Source: Monocercomonoides exilis PA203 (taxonomy: Eukaryota; Protista; Preaxostyla). From it: a DNA stretch of 64,000 nucleotides. The position numbers were made by a program, and so were the translations under genes. The stretch is taken from contig LSRY02000025.1 in the NCBI GenBank assembly GCA_001643675.2, positions 806,001 through 870,000 of the forward strand, given 5' to 3'. Of this stretch, positions 62,607 through 64,000 are shown piece after piece. Under the pieces are notes generated by a model. The model saw nothing but the letters and a program-made list of their open reading frames with translations, was not told the DNA's origin and did no database searches. Each line of letters starts with the position of its first letter. Positions within the stretch are counted from its first letter, which is position 1.

Positions 62607-63063
62607 TGTTGACATTCAATAGAAATAAATGAACAAAAAATTTCAAAAGAGAACAAAACTTATTATCAAAATATATAATCACCGACATATTGATAATATT
62701 TGAAGCGATTATTTCCGATTGAGACTGTATTGTCAAATTTGACAGAAGGTTGAAAAATTTTCAATACACAAAAGTTTGTTATATCAAAGAATTTAAAAAA
62801 TTTATTCAGGTGTTGAAATCTTCATGTTTAAATAGAATCCATTTTTTTGCAACTGAATCTTTATTTATTAATTTCATGATTTATTCTTTCACTAATTTAA
62901 CTTGTCTTCTTTTTTCCTATCATTTTTTTAGGTTTATTAATTCAATTTGTTTCAATTATTATTTAATTTATTTTCATTTTATTATTATATTTTTTAAAAA
63001 ATGAATTGACATAAATGACTCTTCTTTGTTCAGCTGAAAGAATTTATTTCACTAACAGACTTC

Positions 63064-63107
<44 letters not shown>

Positions 63108-63316
63108 ATTACAATATCGATTGTGTTTCTTTCACGATCTGATTTACTTTTTTTTCTGTTGAGTGGAAAGAAAATTTGCACAATAATTTTTTTTATTTTT
63201 TGTAATGAACGAAAAATTGAAAAAATTGTGAAATGGAATTGAAATGATGAAATGTTATTTAAGAAATAACAAACAACGTATTATTTTACGGATCACTTGA
63301 TGTACAAAACAACTCA

Positions 63317-64000
63317 TTAATTTTGAAAGTTCTTAAAGAAAATCAGGTTCATGTCCATTGCATCAAATCCTCCCTCTTCTTCCATCTTTTCAACCCATTT
63401 TCTATGAAGCTCCATCATTTGCTTTATCTGTTGTTCTCGAGACCGACATACACAATTACAACAAATTGGTAAACGAGAAGAATTATAATTTTTCTCAATG
63501 TCTGTATCCATTTTATTCTTTTCACTTACTGTTTTTCCTTTGATTTCATTTATGCTATTTTCTTGTATTATCAAACAATTCACTCTCTGTTTCATCTTTT
63601 TCAATGTCAAATAAGATGTATGAACAATTTCCGCACACAGCTCTTCGTAGCCAAGCAAATTCCACAAAAAGCACATCACCAACCTGCTCCACACACTTCC
63701 AACAGAAGAAACACACGCATTGATTGCAAGTTCCTCCGCAATGCGAAGAGCAGCATAGCGCAAAAGTTGCGAATTGGAGCGTGTGAGACGCAGAACAAGC
63801 GGAAGAAGAACACGTGACGATAAAATGTAAAGAAGAGGCAGCTTCTGCGTGTTTTGAACGTTGACACTGCCTTCATTTGATGTGTGACCATCTGAATCTG
63901 CTGAGCCTTTTAACGACACTTCAATTGCACAATGCAGAAGTCGAAGCGCCGAATACAGCACTCCAAACTCGCTCATCATCTGTTTCGAATCTTCTTCGCT
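63317..64000 (-). CDS. 3' end of a lineage-specific helical protein, 5' end outside the window
   Basis: Open frame running to the window edge. Ends with KMEEEGGFD, echoing KMEEEGYED of the 46921-48490 protein. Confidence 0.55.
   Translation of the reverse strand, partial: SEEDSKQMMSEFGVLYSALRLLHCAIEVSLKGSADSDGHTSNEGSVNVQNTQKLPLLYILSSRVLLPLVLRLTRSNSQLLRYAALRIAEELAINACVSSVGSVWSRLVMCFLWNLLGYEELCAEIVHTSYLTLKKMKQRVNCLIIQENSINEIKGKTVSEKNKMDTDIEKNYNSSRLPICCNCVCRSREQQIKQMMELHRKWVEKMEEEGGFDAMDMNLIFFKNFQN

Noticed and set aside
61020-63103. Long poly-T runs (~61020-61054, ~63068-63103, also ~37948-37970) as retroposon tails
   Set aside because: No TSD or adjoining retro-sequence identified, and such runs are common in AT-rich intergenic DNA.
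1-64000. Host-wide TAR=Gln genetic code
   Set aside because: Several intact genes end in TAA at the expected position and lack in-frame TAR codons.
1-64000. tRNA, rRNA or snRNA genes
   Set aside because: None recognised by eye; a tRNAscan-SE/Infernal run would be needed to exclude them.

Overview
Eukaryotic, AT-rich genomic window with short GT-AG introns and standard-code TAA/TGA stops. Gene families and composition suggest an oxymonad protist such as Monocercomonoides (inference). A compact core (14.1-37.5 kb) holds five intron-containing genes: a ~4,790-aa GT8-like glycosyltransferase with a huge low-complexity tail, a TMEM128-like protein, a membrane-anchored papain-family protease, a pfkB kinase and ELP3. 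Repeat-rich accessory DNA flanks the core. It carries two paralogous, intronless giant receptor-like genes (3792-13034, frameshifted; 52025-59956, intact) built as signal peptide, variable GGA(I)-repeat tip, 4-5 Cys-capped modules, TM helix and TKL-like pseudokinase. It also carries an orphan module cassette of the same family, decayed pseudogenes, a lineage-specific multigene family member, a near-perfect 740-bp inverted repeat, a second inverted-repeat element, a TA-flanked Tc1/mariner-type hairpin MITE and a dispersed AT-rich repeat family. The best candidate for an undescribed system is the mosaic, module-shuffled receptor-pseudokinase family with its silent cassette and neighbouring foldback-like repeats. 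All alignments were done by eye and no database searches were run.
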